From Mobula hypostoma (taxonomy: Eukaryota): a stretch of DNA of 64,000 nucleotides. The notes beneath the pieces are model-generated. The model did no database searches. It had not been told where the DNA came from and saw only the letters and a program-made list of their open reading frames with translations. The stretch covers positions 1 through 64,000 of the forward strand of contig NC_086101.1 in NCBI RefSeq assembly GCF_963921235.1, given 5' to 3'. Position 1 is the stretch's first letter, and each line of letters begins with the position of its first letter. The translations under genes were made by a program, and so were the position numbers. Of this stretch, positions 53,148 to 64,000 are shown in pieces.

Positions 53148-54205
53148 AAAGAACAGAGTCAAATTGAGCTAAGTCACAGGTTGATTGAAGGCAGAAAAAT
53201 CCCATTTTGATACAGACAGGAATACACTTAGAAAATTTGTTGGTCAGTCAGAATGCCTGATCCATGCCCAGTTGGAAGATGAGGAGTTCAGAGATAAATG
53301 TAGAAATCTTCAGTACAGCACAGGCCATTTGGCTCCAACTTGAGATGAACTTCATAACATTGTGATGCCAGAGCTCATGATAGAGTAAAATCTCATCTGA
53401 AATATTGTCCTTCACCCACTGATCTCTTTTGCAAATATTTTTACAGGTTTGAAATGGCAGAACACTTGTGCACAGGAATCTCAAACAGAGCAACATGTCA
53501 GTTTTGCTGTCTCTGTCTGGATATTTAAGGAGTGACCATATATTTGCTTTGCAACACCAACAGATCTGTTGTCGATCCTTGGAGATGAAGAAGTACCTCG
53601 TCCAAACTGCAAATGTGATTTGTGTCTGAAATGAAGTTTTCTGTTTTAACTCTGTGAAATCCACTGGAACCAGGGTGCTGAGAACACACCAGCATTTGTT
53701 TACTTGTTCACCAGTTCTTCAAATTCTTTGATTGTACAAGCGATTTAAACGTCTGACTTTCTGAATTGCCAGAGAATTGATCGCAGTGAGATATCATTCT
53801 CCTTCTCTCAGTGTGGGAAGGGATTCACTCACAGGCTACCACAGACACACCAGTGAATTCACAGTGGGGAGAGGCCATTCACCCGCTCTGTGTGAGGGAG
53901 GGGAATCACTCAGTCAACCAGCCTGAAGATACATCAGCAAGTTCACACCAGAGTGAGATGCTCCACCTGTTGGGACTGTGGGAAGCAATTCATTCTCTCA
54001 TCGATTCTAAAGATATATCTGAAGATTCACCAGTGAGGGGACATTGACCTGCTTGGGCGGTGGGAAGGCATTCACACACTCAACCACACCACAGTGACAC
54101 CAGCAAGTTCACACCGGGGAGAAGCCATTTACAGGCTCTGAATGTGGGAAAGGGTTCATTCAATCATCGCAACTGAATGAACATCAGCGAGTTCACACTG
54201 ATAAG

Positions 54206-55381
54206 ATGCCGTTCACCTGCTCAGACTGTGGGAAGGGATTCACTCACTCGTCCAAACTACAGGGACACCAGCAAGTTCACACTGGGGAGAGGCCATTCAC
54301 CTGCTCAGATTGTGGGAAGGGATTCACTCATTCCACTCAACTACTGACACACCAGTTAGTTCACACTGGAGAGAGGCCGTTCACCTGCTCAGACTGTGGG
54401 AAGGGATTCACTCGGTCATTTCACCTACTGAGACACCAGCGAGTTCAGTCTGGGGAGAAGCCATTTACCTGCTTAGACTGTGGGAAGGGATTCACACAGT
54501 CATCTCACCTACTGGCACACCAGTTAGTTCACACCTTGGACACGCCATTCACATGCTCTGAATGTGGGAAGGGATTCACTCAGTCATCCAGCCTTGTGAA
54601 GCACTACCGAATTCACACTGGGGAGAGGCCATTCACCTGCTCAAGCTGTGGGAAGGCATTCACTCAGTCCGCTCACCTACTGACACACCAGTTAGTTCAC
54701 ACTGGGGAGAGGCCATTCACATGCTCTGAATGTGGGAAGAGATTCACTCGTTCATCTCAACTGAAGGAACATCAACGAGTTCACACTGGGGAGAAACCAT
54801 TCTGCTGCTCTGAATGTGGGAAGGAATTCACTCAGTCATCCTCCCTTATGAAGCACTACAGAACTCACACTGGGGAGAAGCCGTTCACCTGCTCAGACTG
54901 TGGGAAAGAATTCAGATGGTCATCTGACTTGAAAGTTCATCGCCGAATTCACACTGGGGAGAAGCCAAACACCTGCGCAGATTGTGGGAAGGAATTTACA
55001 CTCTCATTTGATTTGAAAGTACATCAGCGAATTCACACTGGGGAGAAACCGTTCACCTGCTCAGATTGTGGGAAGAAATTCACACGATCATCTGACTTGA
55101 AAGTGCATCAGCGAATTCACACCGGGGAGAGGCCATTCATCTGCTCAGAATGTGGGAAGAGATTCACTCGATCATGTCACTTACGGGAACACCAGCGACT
55201 TCACACTGGGGAGAGGCCGTTCACCTGCTCAGACTGTGGGAAGAGATTCACCCGGTCATGCATGCTACAGAGACATCAGCGAATTCACACTGGAGAGAGA
55301 CCATACACCTGCTCAAACTGTGGGAAGGGATTCACTCAGTCATCTCAATTGAAAAAGCATCAGCAAGTTCACACTGGGTAG
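54206..55381 (+). CDS. Tandem C2H2 zinc-finger protein, 14 fingers (finger 3 lacks its last His), no effector domain seen in this exon
   Basis: Intact 391-aa ORF of 28-aa C2H2 repeats with TGE(K/R)P linkers. Upstream coding exons cannot be excluded. Confidence 0.85.
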   Translation: MPFTCSDCGKGFTHSSKLQGHQQVHTGERPFTCSDCGKGFTHSTQLLTHQLVHTGERPFTCSDCGKGFTRSFHLLRHQRVQSGEKPFTCLDCGKGFTQSSHLLAHQLVHTLDTPFTCSECGKGFTQSSSLVKHYRIHTGERPFTCSSCGKAFTQSAHLLTHQLVHTGERPFTCSECGKRFTRSSQLKEHQRVHTGEKPFCCSECGKEFTQSSSLMKHYRTHTGEKPFTCSDCGKEFRWSSDLKVHRRIHTGEKPNTCADCGKEFTLSFDLKVHQRIHTGEKPFTCSDCGKKFTRSSDLKVHQRIHTGERPFICSECGKRFTRSCHLREHQRLHTGERPFTCSDCGKRFTRSCMLQRHQRIHTGERPYTCSNCGKGFTQSSQLKKHQQVHTG

Positions 55382-55799
55382 AAGCCAATCAACTGCACAG
55401 GTTGTGGGAAGGAATTCATTCAGTCATCTCAACTCAAGGAACACACTGGGGGGAAACTTTTCACCTTCCTAAGGCATTTATTCAGTCATCTCACCTATCG
55501 AAACACCAGACTGTGTGAAGGCATTCACACACTTTTCCACGTTGGAGAGACAGTGGCGGGTTCACACTGTGGTGAGGGCAGTCTTCTACTCTGAATGTGG
55601 GATGGGTTTCAATCATTCATTCATCCTTGTGTCGCCCTGCCGAGCTTTGAATCATGGCTAATTGCAGAAGCTTGAGAGGATGTAACTCACGCAAGCTCGT
55701 CAGTCAAGTATTAAAGGCAGTGGTTGAGGGCAGGTTATTTTTGAGCTTTCATCAGTACCCAATCAACATTCAGGATTGATTATCAAGGAAAACTTCAAG

Positions 55800-56790
55800 T
55801 TAGGCAGGAGCAGGAGCAGCGGTCATTGTTGGGGTGAACAGAGATGGAGCAGCGACTTTGAGACTTTACCTCTTTGAGGTTTCAGTGAGGAGAGCATTCC
55901 GTCAGAGAAGGCAGAATTATGCCGGAGGTAGAACTTTTTTTTTGCCCCCTTCTTTACATTTGCTCAGTTAGAACAGTGGAGATGCCAGGCAGGATAGTGA
56001 AAAGCTCCTCCCGCGGGATTTGGGAAGGCAGGAAACCCTCCTATGTCCTGATAACTACGCCTGTGAGAAGGACATCCAGCTTCAGCTCTGAACAATCCAC
56101 ATTAAGGAGTTGGAGCTGGAACCGGATGAACTCCAGATCATTCGGGAGGTTGGAGGGGTGATAGGTAGGAATTATAGAGAGGTAGTTGCACCCAAGGTCA
56201 CAGCACAGTAAACTGGGTGACAGTCAGGAAGGGAAAAGGGGGAAACAGTGAGTGTAGTGTACCCCTGTGTCCATCCCCATGGACAACACATATATCACTT
56301 TAGATACAGTTAGAGACGGAGGGATGACCTGGCAAAAGAAGGTCACAGCAGGAGGGTCTCTGGCGCTTAGTCTGAAATGCTCTGAGACTGAGAAGGGAAG
56401 GGTGGAGAAGAGGCGAGCTGTGGTCATAGGTGATTTGTTAATTAAGGGAACTGACTGGATGTTCTGTGTGCGAGAATGAGATCCCAGGACAGTATGTTGT
56501 CTCCTGTGTGCTTGGGGTGAGTGCTCAGCATTCCTCAGGAGGGTGAACAGGGAAGGTCCTGGTCCATGTGGGTACCAATGATATGGGCTGGTAGAGTAAC
56601 GGGGTTCTGCAAAAGGAGTTCAGGGAGTGAGGTGCTAAGTTAAAGAGCAGCTCGTCCAGGGCTGTGATCACAGGTCTGTCATCTGTGCCACGAGTCAGGA
56701 ATAGGGAGAATATACAGTTTAACATGTGGCTAAGGAGTTGGTGCAGGAGGGAGGGCATAACATTATTGGATTATTTGAGCCCGCAAGGAT
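55800..56790 (+). mobile_element. Old CR1 5' UTR/ORF1 remnant
   Basis: MPGRIV..SS..IWE, KRRAVVIGD, VHVGTND and NMWLRSWCRREG remnants. Confidence 0.65.
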
Positions 56791-56866
56791 TACTGTATGC
56801 ATAGGAGTGTGAGTGCGTTGGGGGAGAGGGGACATCGTTGATGGAGGGTGAAGTGGGCAGTCAGCT

Positions 56867-56867
<1 letters not shown>

Positions 56868-56933
<66 letters not shown>
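56868..56933. repeat. Compound microsatellite (CT)n(CA)n
   Basis: Directly visible. Confidence 0.95.
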
Positions 56934-56938
<5 letters not shown>

Positions 56939-57952
56939 AGGGAGGGGAGTGAGAAGGGAAAAGGGGAATGAGGAGGGTGTTGTCAGGGCTCCTTCATAAA
57001 TTCCCAGACTCAACCCACTCTCCCCCTCTGGAATTGGTCCCATTCCCTACCCCAGGCTGGGGGTTTGCCTTCAGTTGCCTTGCCAACAAGAAAATGAATT
57101 GTTCGCTGACATCTGGTTAACACACTTTGATAATAAATTTACATTGAACTTGAACATTGAAATGTAGTTTTTAAAACTTGTACTGATGAGAAATGGTCTC
57201 AGTGAAGGTCCGAGAGTGGAAAATGAACCGGTGTTCAGCCCCACTGCTCCGTGCCAGACAAGAACCCCTATCGGAGTCTGTCCCTTCTGTCTGTGCTTGA
57301 CACGTCTCACTGTAAAGTTTCCTCTTTCTGTAGCTGTCCCTGTGTGTTTTATTTTCCTTCTCAACCCCATTCTCTTGCCTTCTCCCCATGATCTTTGCCG
57401 CCTTTACTGATCAAGCACCAATCAAACTCTGTTTTAAATAAACCCAGCACCACACATAAAAGTTGCTGGTGAATGCAGCAGGCCAGGCAGCATCTCTACC
57501 TCTGAGCCGTCCATGGCAATGAATTCCACAGGTCCCTCATCTCTCTAAATGCATGCTGTCTGATATGAGACATTTTGACCCCAAAGGATAACAATGGCTG
57601 CTCTCTACTCTTATCCATATCTCTCATCATCTTATCAGGCTCCATCAGGTCACCCTGAGCCGCCTCCACTCCAGAAAAATCAGCTCACGTTTGTCCGAAC
57701 TCTCCTCACACAGTAGCTCAAGCCTCTAATCCAGAGAACATCCTGGTGAGCCTCTTCGTTGCTGCCCTAAACGCCAGTGGCGTAACGGGCTTTAAGTAAG
57801 TAAATGGTGGGTTGTTGATTAATAAGGGTGTCAAAGGTGATGGGTAGAAGACAGCAGTATGGATTTTAGAGGATGAATCCAATAGCTTTGATCGAATGGT
57901 GGTGAAGACTCAATGGACAGAATGGGTATTTCAGTTCCTATGACGTGTGGTA

Positions 57953-58220
57953 TATGAGGGGTGATTGATAAGTTTGTGGCCTAAGGTAGAAGGAGTCAAT
58001 TTTGGAAAACCTAGCACATTTATTTTTCAACATAGTCCCCTCCTACATGTACACACTTAGTCCAGCGGTCGTGGAGCATACAGATCCCTGCCTTGTAGAA
58101 GTGGTCCACAGCAGGGTGATTGATAAGTTTGTGGCCTAAGGTAGAATGAGATGAGTTATTAACTTCAAACTTTCTGCATTATCAATCAAAGAGTTGAACT
58201 GCATGTGCATGTAAAGAGAG
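57953..58220 (+). mobile_element. Mariner/Tc1-like non-autonomous fragment with an internal ~33-bp direct repeat
   Basis: TA followed by (T/C)GAGGGGTGATTGATAAGTT resembles a mariner terminus; gggtgattgataagtttgtggcctaaggtagaa occurs at ~57959 and ~58114. No right TIR found. Confidence 0.45.
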
Positions 58221-58786
58221 CATCATTGCCCTCTGTGAAACCCCTTCCATCTAGTACACCAATTCCCATTACTCTAAACCCTTCAGACCCCAACATGCTT
58301 TACCATCTGTGAAAACCCATCTAACCATGTTCTCCTGTAAAAAGGCTGTTCCCTTTTCTCATTTCCTGTATCTGTGCCACATCTGTTCACGGGATGAGGT
58401 TGCCCTTTCCAGGACATCAGAGATATCCTTCTCCAAAGAATCCATCTTTGTTGTTGATGTTACTCCCAATGGATCTGTTTCCTTAAAATCCTCCTTCACT
58501 CCGTCTTCCAGTTACCTGAGCACTGATGGAGTCCCTCTTGTCCTTACCTGCAACCCATGAGTGTTCGCATCCAACACAGGATTCTCCGCAACTTCTGACC
58601 CCACCAAACTCACCCTTACCTCCCCTCCCCGCACCAGATGTCTGCTTTTCACAAGGATTCCATTCGTCCCTCCCTACTAATCTCCCTCCTGGAGCATATC
58701 ACTACAACTGAGGGGAGTTCTACAGGCTCCCAATTACTTGCTCCCTCAGCCCCTTTCTGGATCACAAACAGTCTGTCCAGGTGAGG

Positions 58787-59508
58787 TGTGATGGAATCTT
58801 AAGTTTATTCCTTATGGGCTGTGCCTTTAAGAATCATGCCTGTAAGAGAGAGAGAGAGAGAGAGAGAGACATACAGCGCAAGCAGCTTGCTACAGAGAGA
58901 GAGAAAGGGGAGGAGCTACTTGATGGACAGCTGGTGTTCAGCACACTGGTATTTAAACAAGCATAACTCCCTTTTGCAGGACATGCAGACGCCACTGAAC
59001 TTTTAAGTGCCCACAAGGGTGGGGCTGAGGATCGATTAAGAGGAATCGATCCATGACTATCAGTGCGTGTAAGGGCGACCCAGTGGAATCTACCGGTGTG
59101 TCTAACCCTTGCCTGGGTTGGTAGATTATCACTTGAAGATGGCGCTCTTAAGTTGGTCAAGTTTGGCTAACTTGGAAGATTTGGAGGACATCAAGGAGGA
59201 TCGATGACACCTGTTTACTTTGATTACAAATCTCTCTCTCTCTCACTTCAAACCCGTGGACTGAACTGAATTTCCTTATCACACCATCGTAAGACTGTAT
59301 CATTTACCACCCCCGCTCTGAAGAAGTTTGGGAATTTATATATTTACAACTATATATCCATAACACTGTTAACTCTTGATTTGCCTGGTTTAAGTTACTA
59401 TTACTATTTACGTAATTACTAATAAAATAGTGTTTTGTTAACAGCAAAACCAGACTCCAGGTGTGTTCTATTACTGTTGATACTTTTACAAGGTTGCATT
59501 ACATGACA
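58787..59508 (+). mobile_element. Solo LTR, 722 bp, with 4-bp TSD
   Basis: TGTGATG...CATGACA termini, GAGG duplicated at 58783-58786 and 59509-59512, AATAAA at 59421; the host PLE resumes after it. Confidence 0.8.
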
Positions 59509-60624
59509 GAGGTAACACTTCACCTGTGAGTCTGTCAGGTTGATCTACTGTATCTGATGCTCCCAGTGCAGCCTCTTCTACATCAGTGAGACCCAATGTA
59601 GATTGGGAGTGCACTTGTCAAGTACATTCACTCCATCCGCAACAAACGGAATTTCCAGGTCACAAACAAGTGTAAATCTGCGGATGCTGGACATCCAGGC
59701 AACACACACACAATCTTTTCAATGATTCTTGCTTTGCACTGTGTTTATTCAGTCCATATACACCTCCACCTCCCACTAGGAAAGCCACAGAGCTCTTTGT
59801 TTGGCTTGTTTTCTTTGTTTGAGCCGAGCTCTACTGTCACTTCTGTCTGTCATCTTGCAGTAAACTGGTGTTGGTCACGTGTGTGAATGATTTGGAGGAG
59901 AATGCAGGTCGAACAATTAGTGAAGGTGTGGATGACACTAAGCTGGTGGGTGGTGAAAGTGAGGGTTGTTTGAGGTTGCAGTGGGATGGAGACCAACTGG
60001 GAAAGTTGTCCAAGGGATGGCAGATATTTCTCAAAAACAGGTTTCCAGGAGCTCAAATAAGACCATTATTCAGATAAAGAGACAGTTTCCTTTGGGGCTT
60101 TGGAATCAATCAGACAAGACTGGTGCATTACAGTTCAGTTCATCAGGTTGGAGGGTACCGAGACAGAATATAAGGTGTTCTCCTCCATCCTGAGCGTGAC
60201 CTCATCAATTATGGGAACACTTTGTCGAGCAGCTTCGCACCATTGGCCACAAGCAGGACTTCCCAGTGCCAAACATTTTCATAGTGATTTCCATTCCCGT
60301 TCTGACTTGTCTATCCACGGCCTCCTCTTGTGTCGTGATAAGACCACCGTCAGCTTGGAGGTGCAACACTTTATATTCGGTCTGAGTGCTCCAACTTGAT
60401 GGCATGAATATTGATCTCTCCTTCTGATAAACAATACTCACCTCCCGTCTTCCGCTATTCCTCACTCTGACCTTTTACTTCCCCCGGGCCCCCTCCTCCT
60501 TCCCTCTCTACTATGGTCCACTCTCCTCTCCAACCCTTGACCTTTCCCACCCAACTGGCTTCACCTGTCACCTTCCAGCTAGCCTCTTTCCCCTCCCCAT
60601 TTTTTAAAAAACTTCTGGCTCCTT

Positions 60625-60940
60625 CTGGGTACCTCCAGCATCCAGGGCATGTCCTTTTCTCACTGTTACCATCAGGTAGGAGGTTCAGAAGTCTGAAGGC
60701 ACATACTAGGCGATTCCGGAACAGCTTCTTCCCTTCTGCCATCCGGTTCCGAAATGGTCATTGGACACGACCTCACTTTTTTATATATACAGTAGTTCTG
60801 TTTTTTTTCCACTTTTTAAAAATCTATTCGATATAAGTACACTGTAATTCATTCACTTATTTATGTTTTTATTTCATTTGTTATTTTTTTTCTATATTAT
60901 GTATTGCATTGAACTGTTGCTAATAATCCTGATTCTGATG
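60625..60940 (+). mobile_element. Rex1/Babar-type LINE 3' end
   Basis: HPGHVLFSLLPSGRRFRSLKAHTRRFRNSFFPSAIR; tail ctgattctgat. Confidence 0.7.
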
Positions 60941-61099
60941 ACCCCTTCCCTCTCAGCCCTGCAGAAGGGTGTCGGCGCATAACGCCGTCTGTTTATTCTT
61001 TTCAATAGATGCTGCCTGAGCTGCTGAATTCCTCCGGCATTTTGTGTGAGTTGTTTTGGATTTCCAGCTTTTGTTGGTTCCAGAAATACTGACCGTGAG

Positions 61100-62200
61100 A
61101 TCCAGTGCGCATGCGTGAATGTTAGAGGCCCGGAAACTGCGCATGCGCCCAGTGGCCAAAGGGGCGCTGATGCTTGGCGGCAGGGTGGAGTAGGGATCGG
61201 GTGCGGGTCTTATCGGCACCGGTGAACTGCGACTGAGGGACAATTACTGTGAGCTCCGGACACAGTGTGGCTCCGCACCTCAGGGCAGTCTCGTTCCTCT
61301 CCCTCTCATTCGGCCCCACGCTCCGTACGCAGGCCCCGGGAAGATTTCTGCATATGATGAGCTGGTGTAATCGCTATTCTTATGGCGCATGCGCATCACT
61401 GGGACCGTAGCTCCTCAAGGGGTCTCTCGATTGTGGGGTCTTCTGGGTAAAGATGCAGCCATATCTGACACTTCCTGCGCCTTCTGTGTTTCTAAGGGCA
61501 GGTAGAGGGAATGGCAGCGGATGGGGTTTACAAAACTGCCGAGCTAACGTTATCTATTAATAATAATGTAATAATAAAATTTTATTTCTTCCAAGGCAGT
61601 AAACATCGTTATTGTCCATAGCAATAAAGAGGGGAAATGTGGGAGGATATTGCCCAAACACTAATATTGTATACATCATTGCTTTTATATATATATATAT
61701 ATATGTACCAGATAGAATCAGGTCAAAGGTTCCAAGGATTCTGAACTCAGAACAAAAGTACAGTTCCCAGTTCAACTTGGATGAAGAATTTACATTCCAG
61801 TCAGTGAATTTGTCAATTAGTGATATATGAAAGAAACACAAAGTCCTTCCAATAGCTTTAATTCTTGAAAGAAAACCATCTTTGCTGAACCTCCTCTAGT
61901 TCCGGACCATTCTACCCGTGAGAACATGTTTGATACCATTTGATACTCTGGGTACAAAATGATATCAAACACCTTTGTCCTGGGTAACGAGTGACCTGTA
62001 GATTTCACATCACAAATGTGACACTCCGGTGAGAAAAACTACTGTCCTCCTCCTCATATTCATTGGCTCTGCCATCGATGGGATCACCACCGTCAATCAC
62101 CTGGAGTGGGTGGGTGGGTCAGAATAATTGGAATGTCTCCAGGATTAGCTGTGTAACATCACATGCTCTTTGTAGAACTGTGGGACATGACCATTGGTCT
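61100..62200 (+). promoter_or_regulatory. Promoter-like cassette 3 plus downstream ZNF-unit intron (more diverged paralog)
   Basis: NRF1-type motifs at 61106, 61138 and 61385; blocks gaactcagaacaaaa, ttccagtcagtgaa and gccatcgatggg shared with cassettes 1 and 2. Confidence 0.55.
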
Positions 62201-62400
62201 GAGCAGGATTTGCTTTACGCGGCTTGAAAACTGCACGGCACGTTCAATTAACATGTGAAAGAAAATTCTATCAGTGCAGCACCAAATGCGATCTGCAAGG
62301 GAGCATTTCAGGTACTGTGCAGCCACGCATGCGCAGCTTAGAGATATCAGCACATCCTTTCTTAGATATCGGGCTCAAAACTGCTCCCAATACTCCAAGT

Positions 62401-63112
62401 GAACATAGAACATAGAACATAGAATAGTACAGCACAGTACAGGCCCTTCGGCCCATAATGTGCCGACCCTCAAACCCTGCCTCCCATATAAGCCCCCACC
62501 TTACATTCCTCCATATACCTGTCTAGTAGTTTCTTAAACTTCACTAGTGTATCTGCCTCCACCACTGACTCAGGCAGTGCATTCCACGCACCAACCACTC
62601 TCTGAGTAAAAAACCTTCCTCTAATATCCCCCTTGAACTTCCCACCCCTTACCTTAAAGCCATGTCCTCTTGTATTGAGCAGTGGTGCCCTGGGGAAGAG
62701 GCGCTGGCTATCCACTCTATCTATTCCTCTTATTATCTTGTACACCTCTATCATGTCTCCTCTCATCCTCCTTCTCTCCAAAGAGTAAAGCCCTAGCTCC
62801 CTTAATCTCTGATCATAATGCATACTTTCTAAACCAGGCAGCATCCTGGTAAATCTCCTCTGTACCCTTTCCGATGCTTCCACATCTTTCCTATAAGTGA
62901 GGTGACCAGAACTGGACACAATACTCCAAGTGTGGCCTAACCAGAGTTTTATAGAGCTGCATCATTACATCGCGACTCTTAACCTCTATCCCTCGACTTA
63001 TGAAAGCTAACACCCCATAAGCTTTCTTAACTACCCTATCCACCTGTGAGGCAACTTTCAAGGATCTGTGGACATGTACCCCGAGATCCCTCTGCTCCTC
63101 CACACTACCAAG
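62401..63112 (-). mobile_element. CR1 family A 3' fragment
   Basis: Near-identical to the other A copies; tail (TTCTATG)3. Confidence 0.92.
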
Positions 63113-63719
63113 TGAGACCTTGCCAGATCTTTGTAAAGCCTCAGCAATGCGTCCTTGCTTATGTTCTCATCCTCTCAAAATGAATGAATGCTAATTGTCC
63201 TTCCTCACCACCGACTCAACCTGCAAATTAACCTGCACGAGGATTCAGAAGTCTCTTTGACATTTTTGAAATTTTCTCCAGTTAGAAAATAGTCTACACT
63301 ATTATTTCTTCGGAATTAGAAGAATCAGAATCAAGTTTATTATCAGCGGCATGTGACATAAAATTTGTTAACTTAGCAGTAGCAGTTCAATACAATACAT
63401 ATAGCAGAGAGAAAAAAATAATAATAAATAAAATAAAGCATAATAATAAACAAGTAAATCAATTACATATATGGAATAGATTATTTAAAAGGTGCAAAGA
63501 CAGAAATACTGTATATTAAAAAAAGTGAGGCCATGTTGTTACAATACCCCGTGGGTATCTTGTGTCTGTCTTATGATTATGATGTAATTGAGTATCTTGT
63601 GAGCATGATGTATTTGTCTTATGAAGGTGGGGTAATGTAATTTTCCCGCCAGTGTGAGGTCACATGTTGTAATTTTCCCGCCGGTGTGAGGTCACGTGCT
63701 GGCATGTCCCAACAGCTAT

Positions 63720-64000
63720 ATAAGACCATAAGACCATAAGACAAAGGAGCAGAAGTCGGCCATTCGGCCCATCGAGTCTGCTCCGCCATTTTATCATAAA
63801 CTGATCCATTCTCCCATTTAGTCCCACTCCCCCGCCTTCTCACCATAACCTTTGATGCCCTGGCTACTCAGATACCTATCAATCTCTGCCTTAAATACAC
63901 CCAATGACTTGGCCTCCATTGCTGCCCGTGGCAACAAATTCCATAGATTCACCACCCTCTGACTAAAAAAATTTCTTCGCATTTCTGTTCTGAATGGGCA
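63720..64000 (-). mobile_element. CR1-type LINE 3' end, running off the window edge
   Basis: Tail (TCTTATGG)n and the NFFSQRVVNLWNLLP motif on the - strand. Confidence 0.75.

Larger units (their letters stand above)
58230..61075 (+). mobile_element. Old fragmented PLE (end of RT, GIY-YIG, pLTR), interrupted by a solo LTR, CR1 and Rex pieces
   Basis: VPFSHFL.L..ICS.DE, VPLVLT..P, HFTCES...IYCI.C..C.L.YI.ET and HF.S..HS.SDLSIHGLL remnants; degenerate hammerhead-type pLTR at ~60952-61070. Confidence 0.65.

Overview
Eukaryotic, vertebrate DNA. The repeat landscape suggests a cartilaginous fish, probably a ray, but that is inference only. The window looks like a chromosome end or subtelomere. From left to right it holds: (1) 18.3 kb of almost C-free (GGAT)n/(GGAAT)n simple repeat, which is either a real satellite or a base-calling artefact of telomeric signal; (2) about 26 copies of the vertebrate telomere repeat (CCCTAA)n; (3) fused directly to them, a 5'-truncated, decayed Penelope-like element (PLE: RT, Cys linker, GIY-YIG; Neptune-type) whose sense strand carries internal and 3'-terminal CCCTAA tracts; (4) about 2.3 tandem ~0.85-kb non-coding units that share a pseudoknot-like motif with the PLE 3' end and contain a ~200-nt multi-stem domain, with the array joined to a C2H2 zinc-finger gene broken in mid-finger; (5) about 40 kb of a duplicated C2H2-ZNF cluster with one intact 14-finger ORF, pseudogenes and three paralogous NRF1-motif CpG-rich promoter cassettes, heavily interrupted by nested CR1 LINEs, Rex1/Babar-type LINE fragments, PLE fragments with minimal hammerhead ribozymes, a solo LTR and a mariner-like fragment. 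The best novelty candidate is a telomere-end retroelement system (PLE plus structured-RNA tandem units) that appears to have healed or extended a chromosome broken inside a ZNF gene. Boundaries of decayed repeats are approximate, and family names come from motif recognition, not database searches.
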